Source of the DNA: Anolis carolinensis
Lineage: Eukaryota
Direction: 5' to 3'
DNA: 64,000 nucleotides
NCBI RefSeq assembly: GCF_035594765.1
Contig: NC_085845.1
Span: 174,794,897 to 174,858,896, forward strand
Of the stretch, positions 63,697 through 64,000 are shown piece after piece. A program made the position numbers and the translations under genes. Within the stretch, counting starts at the first letter, position 1; each line of letters begins with the position of its first letter. The notes under the pieces were generated by a model. It made no database searches. It was not told where the DNA came from and was given only the letters and a program-made list of their open reading frames with translations.

Positions 63697-64000
63697 CTGA
63701 AAAGAGATAAGGTGAGATGTCAAAGGGAGGTGGAGTAAAGAGCCAGAACAGAAGAGTCAATTCATTGAATACAAATTAAATTCTCCTACATATATGCTCA
63801 TCTATCAATGTGTCCATCCAGCCATCAAAAAGCAATGTTCATATATAGCTACAGTAATTCAGGATGGTTCTTGAGTACCCATGTGCTAGCTTGACACCTA
63901 CATGCAACTGACCTCACAAATATTCAGATCCTCTCTTTTGCATCAACATTAACTTGTCTGGGACTCATGCATAAACACGTCTATTTAGAGTTTGCTGCAT

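Overview
This is a eukaryotic window from a squamate reptile, most likely an Anolis lizard, judged from its Sauria SINE, Vingi-tailed SINE, 5S-headed SINE and SPIN-like MITE content. It holds the conserved amniote synteny block KCTD17(-) / MPST(-) / TST(+) / TEX33=CIMIP4(+) / CSF2RB(-). Exons were assembled by hand from GT-AG sites with consistent phases. MPST and TST are complete (595+299 nt, 297 aa each). KCTD17 is probably missing its final exon beyond the left edge, and only the last two CSF2RB exons are present. Introns carry L2, RTE, Vingi, CR1 and Penelope fragments, many MITEs and a decayed hAT transposase. The most unusual items are: (1) a very young 1273-bp non-autonomous hAT element (9-bp TIR, perfect 8-bp TSD) built largely from GC-rich hairpins around a 268-bp tandem array; (2) a SINE insertion with twin-priming-type 5' inversion architecture; (3) a long stop-free candidate TEX33 exon one base out of frame with a Kozak ATG; (4) altered Shc/14-3-3 motifs in the CSF2RB tail. 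Homology and repeat-family calls rest on recalled sequences, not database searches.
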